The translations under genes and the position numbers were made by a program. A stretch of DNA of 64,000 nt from an uncultured Coxiellaceae bacterium. Lineage in GTDB: Bacteria; Pseudomonadota; Gammaproteobacteria; DSM-16500. Position 1 is the stretch's first letter. Each line of letters opens with the position of its first letter. The DNA lies in the NCBI GenBank assembly GCA_964583565.1, contig CAZOVT010000002.1:34301-98300 (forward strand). Reading direction: 5' to 3'. Shown piece after piece: positions 40,617 to 50,172 of the stretch. The notes beneath the pieces were generated by a model. That model did no database searches, was not told the DNA's origin, and worked only from the letters and a program-made list of their open reading frames with translations.

Positions 40617-42064
40617 GATTGTGATCTCGTTCCACCAACGGTTAATCTATCAACACGCAATGTAGGCTGCCCAACACCAACAGGTACACTCTGGCCATCT
40701 TTGCCACACACACCAACACCCGGATCCAGTTTCAAGTCATTTCCAACCATCGATACCTTGGTCAGTATATCCGAGCCATTTCCTATCAGTGTCGCACCTT
40801 TAACGGCCGGCCCAATTTTGCCATTTTCAATCAGATAAGCCTCACTCGCTGAAAAAACAAATTTTCCAGAGGTAATATCAACTTGCCCGCCGCCAAAATT
40901 CACTGCGTACAAACCATTTTTGACAGATGCGATGATCTCACCCGGCTCAGATTTTCCTGGCAGCATATAAGTATTCGTCATGCGTGGAATAGGCAAATGC
41001 GAGTAAGATTGACGGCGCCCATTACCAGTTGATTCCACACCCATAAGACGCGCGTTACGCTTGTCCATCATATAGTTTTTTAAAATACCATTTTCAATTA
41101 ATACCGTTTTTTGTGTCGGCGTTCCCTCATCGTCTACATTTAACGAACCTCGACGATTAGGCAGCGTTCCATCATCAACGATCGTACATAAATCACTGGC
41201 GACACGCTGACCTTTCGCATCGCTGTAAATAGAGATGCCCTTGCGGTTAAAATCACCTTCAAGTCCATGACCAACGGCCTCATGCAGCAACACACCCGGC
41301 CATCCTGCTCCCAGTACAACTGTCATTGCACCAGCAGGTGCCTCCACAGCATCCAGATTAACAAGCGCCTGACGCAACGCTTCATCCGCAAATTTAAACG
41401 CCAGGTCATCCGTCAGAAAATGCTGATAATCATATCTGCCGCCCCCGCCAGCACTGCCAGATTCACGCCGCCCATGATGATCTAATACCAGACTCACATT
41501 AAAGCGCACCAGTGGACGAATATCTGCCGCAAGATGTCCATCATTACCCATTACCAAAATAGTTTCATGCTCACCAGCGATTGAAATACTCACCGATACA
41601 ATCCGCTTATCTTTCAGGCGTATATAACTATCAACTTGCTGCAATAAGTTTACTTTATCCTGGTCAGACAGCGATTTCAGTGGATTAACAGGCAGATACA
41701 AATCATGGCCTGCGTTTTTCTTCCACACTTTAACGCTATGGCCGCCGCTCTGTTTAACGATACTTTTTGCTGCAAGCGCAGCCTGTTCCAGTGCGGGCAT
41801 CACAATATCATCTGCATAAGCAAAACCAGTGCGTTCACCACTCATCGCACGGACACCTACGCCGCGATCAATATCAAAACTGCCATTCTTGATAATGCCA
41901 TCTTCAAAATGCCAGGATTCCGAATAGGTTGACTGAAAATAAAGATCCGCGTAATCAATATTTTTTCCAGCAAGATGATGCAAAACCTGCTCGAGTTTAT
42001 GCTCGGTCAAACCACCGGGATCAAGCAAATCATGCCGCGCAAGATCAAGAACATTATCAGTCAT
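40613..42064 (-). CDS. tldD: Metalloprotease TldD
   Basis: 483 aa with the HExxxH-type motif [13 protein letters not shown]. Confidence 0.93.
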   Translation of the reverse strand: MTDNVLDLARHDLLDPGGLTEHKLEQVLHHLAGKNIDYADLYFQSTYSESWHFEDGIIKNGSFDIDRGVGVRAMSGERTGFAYADDIVMPALEQAALAAKSIVKQSGGHSVKVWKKNAGHDLYLPVNPLKSLSDQDKVNLLQQVDSYIRLKDKRIVSVSISIAGEHETILVMGNDGHLAADIRPLVRFNVSLVLDHHGRRESGSAGGGGRYDYQHFLTDDLAFKFADEALRQALVNLDAVEAPAGAMTVVLGAGWPGVLLHEAVGHGLEGDFNRKGISIYSDAKGQRVASDLCTIVDDGTLPNRRGSLNVDDEGTPTQKTVLIENGILKNYMMDKRNARLMGVESTGNGRRQSYSHLPIPRMTNTYMLPGKSEPGEIIASVKNGLYAVNFGGGQVDITSGKFVFSASEAYLIENGKIGPAVKGATLIGNGSDILTKVSMVGNDLKLDPGVGVCGKDGQSVPVGVGQPTLRVDRLTVGGTRSQS

Positions 42065-42091
42065 ACATCACCCTCAAGATTACCGTTAATA

Positions 42092-45000
42092 TTACTCAGC
42101 AATTAATTCCATCTTCGGCATTAATGCACGCTCGTGATCGTCCCGCAAAACAACTTCATGCTGTGGATAAGGAGGTTTAATGCCATGTATCGCAAACGCA
42201 TCCCAGATATTCATTTGCACAGAAGACATCACACGGGCACGCGATAAAGAATGGCGGATATTGATATAATAACGCAGCTCAAATTCAAGCAGCGTATCGC
42301 TCATTTGTTTCATATACACTTCTGGCGCCGGATCTTTTAAAACTTCATCATGCGCACTGACAACATTCTGAATAATAACTTTCACTTCATGCGGATTATC
42401 ATGCCGGCTGATTTTAATTGATATCACAGTACGAACGATATTGTCATTTGATGTCCAGTTCGTAAATGTTTTATAAAAAATCTCGGAATTTGGCACCAGC
42501 ATTTCCATATGATCCCATGTTTGAACAGTCACAGCCCGGCTGCCAATATTCATCACTTCACCATCAATACCGTTAACGGAAACAATATCGCCAACACGTA
42601 ACGGCCGCTCCAGCAAGATCAAAAACCCGCAAACAAAATTTGACGCCAGCTCACGCAGTCCAAAACCAATACCCAGTGCCAGTGTTGCCAGCACAACCTT
42701 CAATGTCTGCAGATCAATGCCAAGCACTTTTAAAGACAAAAAGATACCTAAAAAAATGACGCCATACTGGCTAAGTATCGCTATGCTATTCCGCATCCCC
42801 ATATCTTTGGTTCGGGAAGATAATGCGCGGTATACAAATTCACGCGTCCACTTTGCCGTCCAGTAAAAGACGGAAACAATCACAAATAATTCAATAATAC
42901 TTAATGGCGTTATCGTTTTATTCAAAAAGCTCGCCATTTGATAATTCAGCAGCAGCGTCAACCGCTCAACAACAGGCGATTTCTTATCTAGCCCATACAT
43001 AAGAAACAACACAGCGCCTGAAGATAACAACAGAGCAAGACGCAGCACCTTATCCAGCGGCTTCAAAAATGCTTCGGTATACAGCCAGCCGTTATTAACG
43101 TACTGAATCATTAAGCGCGAGAGCTGTTCAAGTCCATCAGACAGTAATCCGCGCAGCATAAGATACCCAACCAGCACGATCAAAAATATTCCCTCATGCC
43201 AGGAAATCGTCATAATTAAATTAACATAACCCGACACACCGACCAGCGAGTTACACAATATTAGCAAGGGAATCAGTACGCCGATAAAAAGAATACTCTT
43301 TTCAAAATAAGGGTGCGGCTTATCCATGTGAGATAAAATCAAACGCGGCAATACCCGCCATGAACGCAGCAGCAAGATGGAAACCATCATCAACAAAACA
43401 AGAAACAATCTATCGCATAAGATCTTCAACTCATAAATCAAGGGCAGTTGATGCAAATAAACCGTCATCGCGGTAACAATACCACCCGCGACAATAATCC
43501 ATTTCAAGCGATGAAAAAGCCTGACGTCATGGCCCGATGTATCGTGCGTCGTCTCAACTAACGATAATCTGGCGCCAATATAAATATTTTTTGACACCAG
43601 CCAGACGATGGAAAGATAAACGAGAATATCATATGTTTGAAATGGAATTGAAAAATACATCATGGTACTAATGATATTAGTCATCAGAAAGAGATCAACC
43701 GCATTATGATCAAGCCAGCGCAACCCCATCCACTTTGCATCCAGCTTGCCTTTAGATACTGAAGGGAGGTTCAGCCATAACGTGACAAACTTATGCATGG
43801 TCATGAAAAATAATATCAGCAGACATTCCAGCAAAATAAACATGCCCCATACCAGCGCATTGGCTGACTGGAACGCTCCAAGTAACTGCCCTGTCAGACT
43901 TTTAGCTATCTGATAGGTCAAACCAGGCACAAGCAATACTTCCTTACCAAGATCCAGCAAGCTTCTGGACCCAAACGTAGGCAATCCCTGACGAGAAGAC
44001 AATTCTGTTTGAATCTCGCGATCCAGCGCAGACCGGAAACTAGATAATGAATTCCTGATTTCTACAATCGCGGAATCAGACGCCTCGTACTGTGCATTTA
44101 ATTTGGAAAGGGCATGTATATACTCTTGCACATCATCACTCGACAAATGTCTGCGAGATAAATAGCTGACATGTTTTTTAAGCAGCACACTTCTCGACTT
44201 TAACACATCATCAAGCCGGTTAACCTGCCTGGTCATTGCAAGCACCTGATCACCCACTTCACTCAGCTTGCTGATCGAATTACTTCTTAATACCGTCAAA
44301 CGCATCTGCTGCATCTGGTCTTCATAGCGCGCGATTAATGACTGGGTATATGCAAAATTCGCACTTTCATTCGCATAAAATATTTTTCGCTCGATAGATG
44401 CGTACGCTTCACGATTTTTAACAGGATCAATAGCGGCCATTTTGGCATACAATAAATTTAACTCCTGCAGCCAGTGATTTTGCTGCTGCTGGTAAGCCAG
44501 CTCGTCTCTTACCTGCTTTTGTCTCACCTGCAAAAGACTGTTAGATTTTATCGCTTTTTTTGTCTGGGTATAATTCTCTGTCTGCAGCGACAAAATATTA
44601 CTGACGATACTCTTCAGCTCACGTAAATACTCCGCACGTGACTTTTCAAGATCACGCAGCTTACGCTGGTACTGGAGCTCATCCTGCAATTCCACCGCAT
44701 TGGCAGTTTGGTTTTTTGTGATTTTAGGACCAAATATCGTTAACACATTTAGTTGACTTTGATATCCCTGTATACTCTTATCCAGCCAGTTGATCGTTTG
44801 CTCGCAGTCAGTGAGCTCAATCGTAATGCTATCCAGATTAGATTTTGAAACTGATATATCCAGTCCCGACTTTTCCAGCAAACTTTTATTAACGCCGCCG
44901 ATGGCGGCCCGCGAAATATCTTTATCATGCTGCTGTTGTAATTCGGCTAATATGCTATTACTTTGCGATAACCGGCTTTTCAGCAGCACTATCTGCTCTG

Positions 45001-45142
45001 TCACCAGCTGAACGCGGTCAATTGACGTGTTTTCCGTATTTGTCATTGTTGCCGCAATCGCGCTTCCCGCATTCGTCATCAAGACGAACGCCACGCAAAG
45101 AAATAACATTCTGAGTTGTCTAGCCAGCAGCTGCATGCGCAT
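42092..45142 (-). CDS. Large MscS-family mechanosensitive channel, MscK/KefA-like
   Basis: Signal peptide, a long coiled-coil periplasmic region of about 400 aa, about 11 transmembrane helices, and a C-terminal MscS core (ERPLRVGDIVSVNGIDGEV). Confidence 0.85.
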   Translation of the reverse strand: MRMQLLARQLRMLFLCVAFVLMTNAGSAIAATMTNTENTSIDRVQLVTEQIVLLKSRLSQSNSILAELQQQHDKDISRAAIGGVNKSLLEKSGLDISVSKSNLDSITIELTDCEQTINWLDKSIQGYQSQLNVLTIFGPKITKNQTANAVELQDELQYQRKLRDLEKSRAEYLRELKSIVSNILSLQTENYTQTKKAIKSNSLLQVRQKQVRDELAYQQQQNHWLQELNLLYAKMAAIDPVKNREAYASIERKIFYANESANFAYTQSLIARYEDQMQQMRLTVLRSNSISKLSEVGDQVLAMTRQVNRLDDVLKSRSVLLKKHVSYLSRRHLSSDDVQEYIHALSKLNAQYEASDSAIVEIRNSLSSFRSALDREIQTELSSRQGLPTFGSRSLLDLGKEVLLVPGLTYQIAKSLTGQLLGAFQSANALVWGMFILLECLLILFFMTMHKFVTLWLNLPSVSKGKLDAKWMGLRWLDHNAVDLFLMTNIISTMMYFSIPFQTYDILVYLSIVWLVSKNIYIGARLSLVETTHDTSGHDVRLFHRLKWIIVAGGIVTAMTVYLHQLPLIYELKILCDRLFLVLLMMVSILLLRSWRVLPRLILSHMDKPHPYFEKSILFIGVLIPLLILCNSLVGVSGYVNLIMTISWHEGIFLIVLVGYLMLRGLLSDGLEQLSRLMIQYVNNGWLYTEAFLKPLDKVLRLALLLSSGAVLFLMYGLDKKSPVVERLTLLLNYQMASFLNKTITPLSIIELFVIVSVFYWTAKWTREFVYRALSSRTKDMGMRNSIAILSQYGVIFLGIFLSLKVLGIDLQTLKVVLATLALGIGFGLRELASNFVCGFLILLERPLRVGDIVSVNGIDGEVMNIGSRAVTVQTWDHMEMLVPNSEIFYKTFTNWTSNDNIVRTVISIKISRHDNPHEVKVIIQNVVSAHDEVLKDPAPEVYMKQMSDTLLEFELRYYINIRHSLSRARVMSSVQMNIWDAFAIHGIKPPYPQHEVVLRDDHERALMPKMELIAE

Positions 45143-46364
45143 ACCCCGCTACCCTGTCTTTAAGAAGGAGAAGAAAATAAATACCCGGAAAACACAACAC
45201 AAAAGACCAAACAAAGAATTGTGTCCATCCCGCATGCGCAACGATCATACCCGCAACAGGACCAAGAAATACGCGCCCCAACGAAGCAAAGGCGGATAAC
45301 AAGGCAAACTGACTGGCTGTATAACGGTTATTACAAAGCGACATCATAAACGCAAGCAATGCCGCGGTACTTAACCCGCTGCAAAAATTCTCCACAAAAA
45401 CAGATGCGGCCATAAGCGCAAACACTTTCCCCATCATCGCCAGCAAAGCAAACATTAAATTTGATAATGACTGTGCCACACCAAACACAAGCAACGCGCT
45501 AAATAACCGCCACCTTGTCAATATCAGGCCACCGACAAAAGCACCTAGTATCATGGCAACGATACTCACAAGTTTGTAAGCCAAACCCACTTCGGTCAGC
45601 GTAAATCCAAGCCCTTTCAATAAGAAATTTGTCATCAACTGCAAAGCTAGCGCATCACCAAATTTATAGAACAGAATAAAGGCTAATATGATAAAAATAT
45701 TTTCCCGCGCTCTTAAATCCTCTAACGCAGCCATCATTGTCGAAACAAAACCAGTCTGCCCTGTTACCGCTTCGACAGCGCGTGGCAATCTGATGGTCAC
45801 CGCCATACTGAGCAGCATTAACAATGCCATTATCTCGTATGTCACCTTCCAGCCCATATAATCGGCACAAATCAACGCCAGACCGCCTGACACCAGCATG
45901 GCAATCCGATAGGCAAACATATAATAGGCAACGCCCAATCCTCTTTCTTCAGGATGCAAGACATCCGTCTGATAGGCGGTAACTGATATATCCTGAGACG
46001 CTGATAAAAACGCAATCACTAAAGACACAATCCCCATCCAGTAAGCCTGATGAGAAGGCTGCAGATGAGCAAGCAGTAATATGGAAACGATCAAGCCCGC
46101 CTGAGTAATTAATATCCACCCTTTGCGCGTACCAATACGTGGAAACCGGTAATAATCCATCAGGGGGGCCCAAAGAAATTTAAGCGTGTAAGGCAGCCCA
46201 ATCAATGATAACGTACCGATCGTCATCACACTGATACCGGATTCCGTAAACCAGGCTTGCAAGGTAGTCCCAACCAATGCCAACGGCAGCCCTGATGCAA
46301 AACCTAGCAACAGAATAGCCAGCAATTGACTGCTTATTAATGCATCAATTTTTGATATCGACAT
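45120..46364 (-). CDS. ampG: AmpG-family muropeptide MFS permease
   Basis: 414-aa MFS protein with an N-terminus LLGFASGLPLALVGTTLQAW and WAPLMD, both typical of AmpG. Confidence 0.8.
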   Translation of the reverse strand: MSISKIDALISSQLLAILLLGFASGLPLALVGTTLQAWFTESGISVMTIGTLSLIGLPYTLKFLWAPLMDYYRFPRIGTRKGWILITQAGLIVSILLLAHLQPSHQAYWMGIVSLVIAFLSASQDISVTAYQTDVLHPEERGLGVAYYMFAYRIAMLVSGGLALICADYMGWKVTYEIMALLMLLSMAVTIRLPRAVEAVTGQTGFVSTMMAALEDLRARENIFIILAFILFYKFGDALALQLMTNFLLKGLGFTLTEVGLAYKLVSIVAMILGAFVGGLILTRWRLFSALLVFGVAQSLSNLMFALLAMMGKVFALMAASVFVENFCSGLSTAALLAFMMSLCNNRYTASQFALLSAFASLGRVFLGPVAGMIVAHAGWTQFFVWSFVLCFPGIYFLLLLKDRVAGYAHAAAG

Positions 46365-46483
46365 GAGAGTAACTTCTACAAAAACACGGGGAAATCAGGT
46401 TAAATTTTAACATCATATTGCGGTCATCACCATAGCCACGTAAAATTTCGGGAACACTAGACGTTAAAACCTAAGGAAAATGC

Positions 46484-47857
46484 ATGACTATCAGCCTGTT
46501 TGACCTGTTTTCCATTGGAATCGGTCCATCCAGCTCCCACACTGTCGGCCCCATGAAGGCCTCAAATGCATTTATTGCCCTGCTAAAGCAAGGCAAATGC
46601 CTGAGTCAAACACAGCGTATTCAAGTTGAATTATTTGGTTCGCTGGCCTTTACTGGAAAAGGACACGGCACGGATTCGGCTATCCTGCTTGGTCTTGAGG
46701 GCAACACACCCGTGACAGTGAATCCAGGCGAAACCGAATCACGCACCAGGGATATCATTGAGCACAACCTGATCAATCTTGACGGTTCTCATGAGATTCC
46801 ATTTTCTTATATCAACGATATTATTTTTAATTTCAAAGATCTGCTGCCCATGCATACAAATGGCATGCGCTTTACCGCATTTGACAGTAACCAGCAAACA
46901 TTAAAATCCGAGATTTATTACTCCATCGGCGGTGGATTTATCCTTACGCAGGAACAAGCATCCCACCCCGCGGAAACAACCAGCAATATGCCTTTCATTT
47001 TTTCAAGCGCCAAGGAGTTATTATCTACCTGTGAAAATCACCACATGGCCATCAGTGACTTGATGATGCGCAATGAGTCCAGCTTATGCCCTGAGGAAGA
47101 AGTGAAAGAAAAACTGCTTAATATCAGCCGCGTAATGCGCGAATGTATTGACAAAGGCACCAGCACCATTGGCATATTGCCGGGCGGACTCAATATCAAG
47201 CGGCGAGCACCTCAGCTATTTCAAAAACTGTCCGCCAAAGGCAAACCAGCTTCACATGAGCAAACAGACAGCATGGCCTGGCTCAATCTTTATGCTATTG
47301 CGGTCAATGAAGAAAATGCCGCGGGCGGGCGGGTAGTTACCGCCCCAACGAATGGCGCAGCGGGAATCATCCCGGCTGTACTGCATTACTACCTTTCCTT
47401 TTACCCGCAAGCCAAAACTGACGATACCATCCCCTTTCTGTTAACCGCTGGCGCCATTGCCATTTTATATAAAAAAAATGCATCCATTTCAGGCGCTGAA
47501 GTTGGCTGTCAGGGTGAAGTAGGTGTTGCATGCTCAATGGCTGCCGGTGCATTAACAGCTGTTTTGGGCGGCAGTCTTTACCAGATTGAAAATGCAGCTG
47601 AAATTGCGATGGAACACCATCTTGGCCTCACCTGCGATCCTATCAATGGGTTAGTCCAGATTCCATGTATTGAACGAAATGCCATGGGCGCAGTAAAGGC
47701 TGTGAATGCCGCACAACTAGCGCTATTGGGAGATGGCCAGCATTATGTCTCTCTGGATAAAGTCATTGCCACGATGCGCCAGACAGGCAAAGACATGATG
47801 ACCATCTACAAGGAAACATCACAAGGTGGATTAGCTGCCAACTTGCCAGAGTGTTAA
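46484..47857 (+). CDS. sdaA: L-serine ammonia-lyase (Fe-S dependent, single chain)
   Basis: N-terminus [21 protein letters not shown] and fused beta plus alpha domains; 457 aa. Confidence 0.93.
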   Translation: MTISLFDLFSIGIGPSSSHTVGPMKASNAFIALLKQGKCLSQTQRIQVELFGSLAFTGKGHGTDSAILLGLEGNTPVTVNPGETESRTRDIIEHNLINLDGSHEIPFSYINDIIFNFKDLLPMHTNGMRFTAFDSNQQTLKSEIYYSIGGGFILTQEQASHPAETTSNMPFIFSSAKELLSTCENHHMAISDLMMRNESSLCPEEEVKEKLLNISRVMRECIDKGTSTIGILPGGLNIKRRAPQLFQKLSAKGKPASHEQTDSMAWLNLYAIAVNEENAAGGRVVTAPTNGAAGIIPAVLHYYLSFYPQAKTDDTIPFLLTAGAIAILYKKNASISGAEVGCQGEVGVACSMAAGALTAVLGGSLYQIENAAEIAMEHHLGLTCDPINGLVQIPCIERNAMGAVKAVNAAQLALLGDGQHYVSLDKVIATMRQTGKDMMTIYKETSQGGLAANLPEC

Positions 47858-47884
47858 ATAGATTGATTCAGTGAAAATATCCGG

Positions 47885-47964
47885 AAATGTCCGGTGTGTG
47901 CGTACTCGCGTCACCCATCCCCCAGTGGGACCCCTGACGCTGCGTTCGCAAACACCGGACATTT
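47885..47964. terminator. 80-nt three-tier imperfect hairpin between convergent sdaA and pssA; putative bidirectional terminator or structured RNA
   Basis: The outer stem pairs AAATGTCCGGTGTGTGCG with CGCAAACACCGGACATTT (18 bp, 1 mismatch). The middle stem is GCGTCA/TGACGC. The apical stem is CCCA-TCCCCAG-TGGG. TT follows on the + strand. Confidence 0.45.
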
Positions 47965-47984
47965 TTAGTGATCTGATAATCCAC

Positions 47985-48764
47985 TTATCGGTTTACCCTA
48001 CGCTCCAGCCTGCGTTGCTGGCGCATTTTACGCACCTGCCACAGAGTCATCACCGGCCCTGATGCCGCATAAGTAGCAAAGATGGCAAAAAGCATATCTG
48101 CTGGGCGCAGCGCCACAGCCGCAACAACAAATACGGTCACAACCGCTGTAAAAAACGGCACCCTACCCTTGAAATCGATAGATTTCGAACTGGTGTACCG
48201 GATTGAACTCACCATCAATCCCGCTATCAATACCGTCAGAACAGCGATCGGAACCGAAATAACCTGACCGGGAATATCATAGCCTGAGCACATCCATACC
48301 GTACCAGCAACAAAACCAGCTGCCAGCGTAGATGGTATGCCCTGAAAATTTTGCTTGTCACTCACTTGCACATTAAAACGCGCCAGGCGCAACGCTGTCG
48401 CCGCCACGTAAATAAACGCAGCAACCCAGCCTAATTTACCCAGACTGGAAAGCGACCAGCTATACAAGACCAACGCTGGCGCCACACCAAATGCGACTAA
48501 ATCTGACAAGCTGTCATACTGGGCACCAAAGGCGCTTTGTGTATTCGTCAATCTGGCCACGCGTCCATCCAGACCATCTGCAATCATGGCAACAAAAATA
48601 GCAATCGCAGCCGTATCAAACAAACCGCGCATTGCCGCGACAACGGCATAAAAACCAGCAAACAGCGCTGCTGTCGTCAACAGGTTAGGCAAAAGGTAGA
48701 TACCACGCTGGGATATCATTTCCTTATCGCTGCGTTCATTTTCACTTTCATCAAAATCCGACAT
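47985..48764 (-). CDS. pssA: CDP-diacylglycerol--serine O-phosphatidyltransferase
   Basis: CDP-alcohol phosphatidyltransferase motif DGLDGRVARL...G...D.L.D in a polytopic membrane protein. Confidence 0.88.
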   Translation of the reverse strand: MSDFDESENERSDKEMISQRGIYLLPNLLTTAALFAGFYAVVAAMRGLFDTAAIAIFVAMIADGLDGRVARLTNTQSAFGAQYDSLSDLVAFGVAPALVLYSWSLSSLGKLGWVAAFIYVAATALRLARFNVQVSDKQNFQGIPSTLAAGFVAGTVWMCSGYDIPGQVISVPIAVLTVLIAGLMVSSIRYTSSKSIDFKGRVPFFTAVVTVFVVAAVALRPADMLFAIFATYAASGPVMTLWQVRKMRQQRRLERRVNR

Positions 48765-48766
48765 GA

Positions 48767-49729
48767 TTACCTCTCAAATGCCTCAATAGCGGCTTCCAGA
48801 TCATGATCCAAAGGGGATACTACTTTAATATGCTGGTCGGTTGAAGGCAAAGTAAATTCAATCGAATAGGCATGCAGAAACATCCGCTTCAGGCCGAGCT
48901 GACGAGATTCCTTATTAAATTCAACATCGCCGTAACGATCATCCTGTGCAATGGGATGGCCTTGTGCGCTCGCATGCACGCGAATCTGGTGAGTTCTGCC
49001 TGTGTAAAGTTTAACCTCAACCAGCGATGCGTTCTGAAACTTCTTAAGTGGAGAAAAAACACTCAATGCCGTTTTACCTTCTGGATGCACTTCAACCACA
49101 TGCTTGCCGCCATCCCGATAATCTTTGTGCAACGGCAAATCCACCCTGAGTTCCGACCGCTTCCAGTGCCCTTTCGTCAGCGCCCAATACACTTTGGACA
49201 CCTTACCTTCGCGCAATAACTCATGCAGCTCCCGCAAAACACGCCGCTTCTTCGCCAGCACCAGACAGCCTGACGTTTCCGAGTCCAGCCGATGTACCAG
49301 CTCCAGATGAACCAGCTTTGGGTACATGTGCCGCATCGCCTCAATCACCCCGACACGCACCGTACTACCGACATGCACCGACATACCCGATGGTTTGTTT
49401 ATAATCAGCACATTTTCATCTTCGTAAATAATCCTGCTGCTCAATAATTGAGCTGTGCTCTTGCTGGGAGGCAGCTGGCTGGCTTTATCCTCAAGAAAAA
49501 CCGGCGGCAAACGCACCACATCTCCCTCTTGCAAACGATAAGAAGGCTGCACCCGTTTTTTATTAACCCTGACCTCCCCCTGACGCAGCAAGCGATAAAT
49601 CCGGGTTTTGGGCATCCCCTTCAATTCCCTGAGCAAATAATTGTCAATTCTTTGATTTTCGTATTCACGTGAAACATTAATATGTTTAACATTTGACCGC
49701 TTAATATCGCTATCTTTAAAATTACTCAT
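48767..49729 (-). CDS. rluC: 23S rRNA pseudouridine synthase C
   Basis: S4 domain (RIDNYLLRELKGMPKTRIYRLLRQGEVRVNKKR), HRLDSETSGCL and GRTHQIRVH. Divergent from rne, as in E. coli. Confidence 0.9.
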   Translation of the reverse strand: MSNFKDSDIKRSNVKHINVSREYENQRIDNYLLRELKGMPKTRIYRLLRQGEVRVNKKRVQPSYRLQEGDVVRLPPVFLEDKASQLPPSKSTAQLLSSRIIYEDENVLIINKPSGMSVHVGSTVRVGVIEAMRHMYPKLVHLELVHRLDSETSGCLVLAKKRRVLRELHELLREGKVSKVYWALTKGHWKRSELRVDLPLHKDYRDGGKHVVEVHPEGKTALSVFSPLKKFQNASLVEVKLYTGRTHQIRVHASAQGHPIAQDDRYGDVEFNKESRQLGLKRMFLHAYSIEFTLPSTDQHIKVVSPLDHDLEAAIEAFER

Positions 49730-49767
49730 GCATGCCCACCCATACACCAACCCGCTCTGGTTTTTAA

Positions 49768-49796
49768 TTGATATAAAATCAGTATATTGTTAATAT
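49768..49796 (+). promoter_or_regulatory. Candidate sigma-70 promoter for rne
   Basis: TTGATA, a 17-nt spacer, then TAATAT. It lies about 375 nt upstream of the rne ATG. Confidence 0.35.
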
Positions 49797-50172
49797 TCAT
49801 TTTAGCCTTAAAGGCATGTCTGGCTGATATTATGACAGCCATTTTTGAATATAGTAGCGAAAATTTTTCGCAACGTGATAAACGTGCTCACAGCACACTC
49901 GTGATGACAGGAATCTTTTTACTTTTGAATGGTGCGCATAATGCGCATGAAGAGCGAAGAATAATGATGGCGCTTGACGTGTCATCTTAATCAAGCCAGG
50001 AATAATGGTTTACAGGTTACCCAGAAACCGTTTTATCGGGACAGAGAAGCTCTGACCAGCTTAATGTAACCCTGTAATAAATTGCTGTATAAGCAATCAG
50101 TTGCCAGCTCTGACAAAGAAAATGATCGCCTTCATCCCGGTGCTAAATGCACATAGATAACTGGATGAATAC
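49797..50172 (+). promoter_or_regulatory. Long structured 5' leader of rne; probable autoregulatory UTR
   Basis: The rluC-rne intergenic region is 443 nt (49730-50172) and holds several short perfect hairpins: GCGAAAA-T-TTTTCGC, TGCGCA-TAA-TGCGCA, CAGAG-AAG-CTCTG and ATTGCT-GTATA-AGCAAT. In E. coli, rne is known to be autoregulated through a 5' UTR of about 360 nt. Confidence 0.45.

Noticed and set aside
49787-49990. 67-codon TTG-initiated ORF in the rluC-rne intergenic region
   Set aside because: It has no Shine-Dalgarno sequence, starts inside the putative rne promoter -10 region, and overlaps hairpins expected of the rne leader. I treated it as non-coding.
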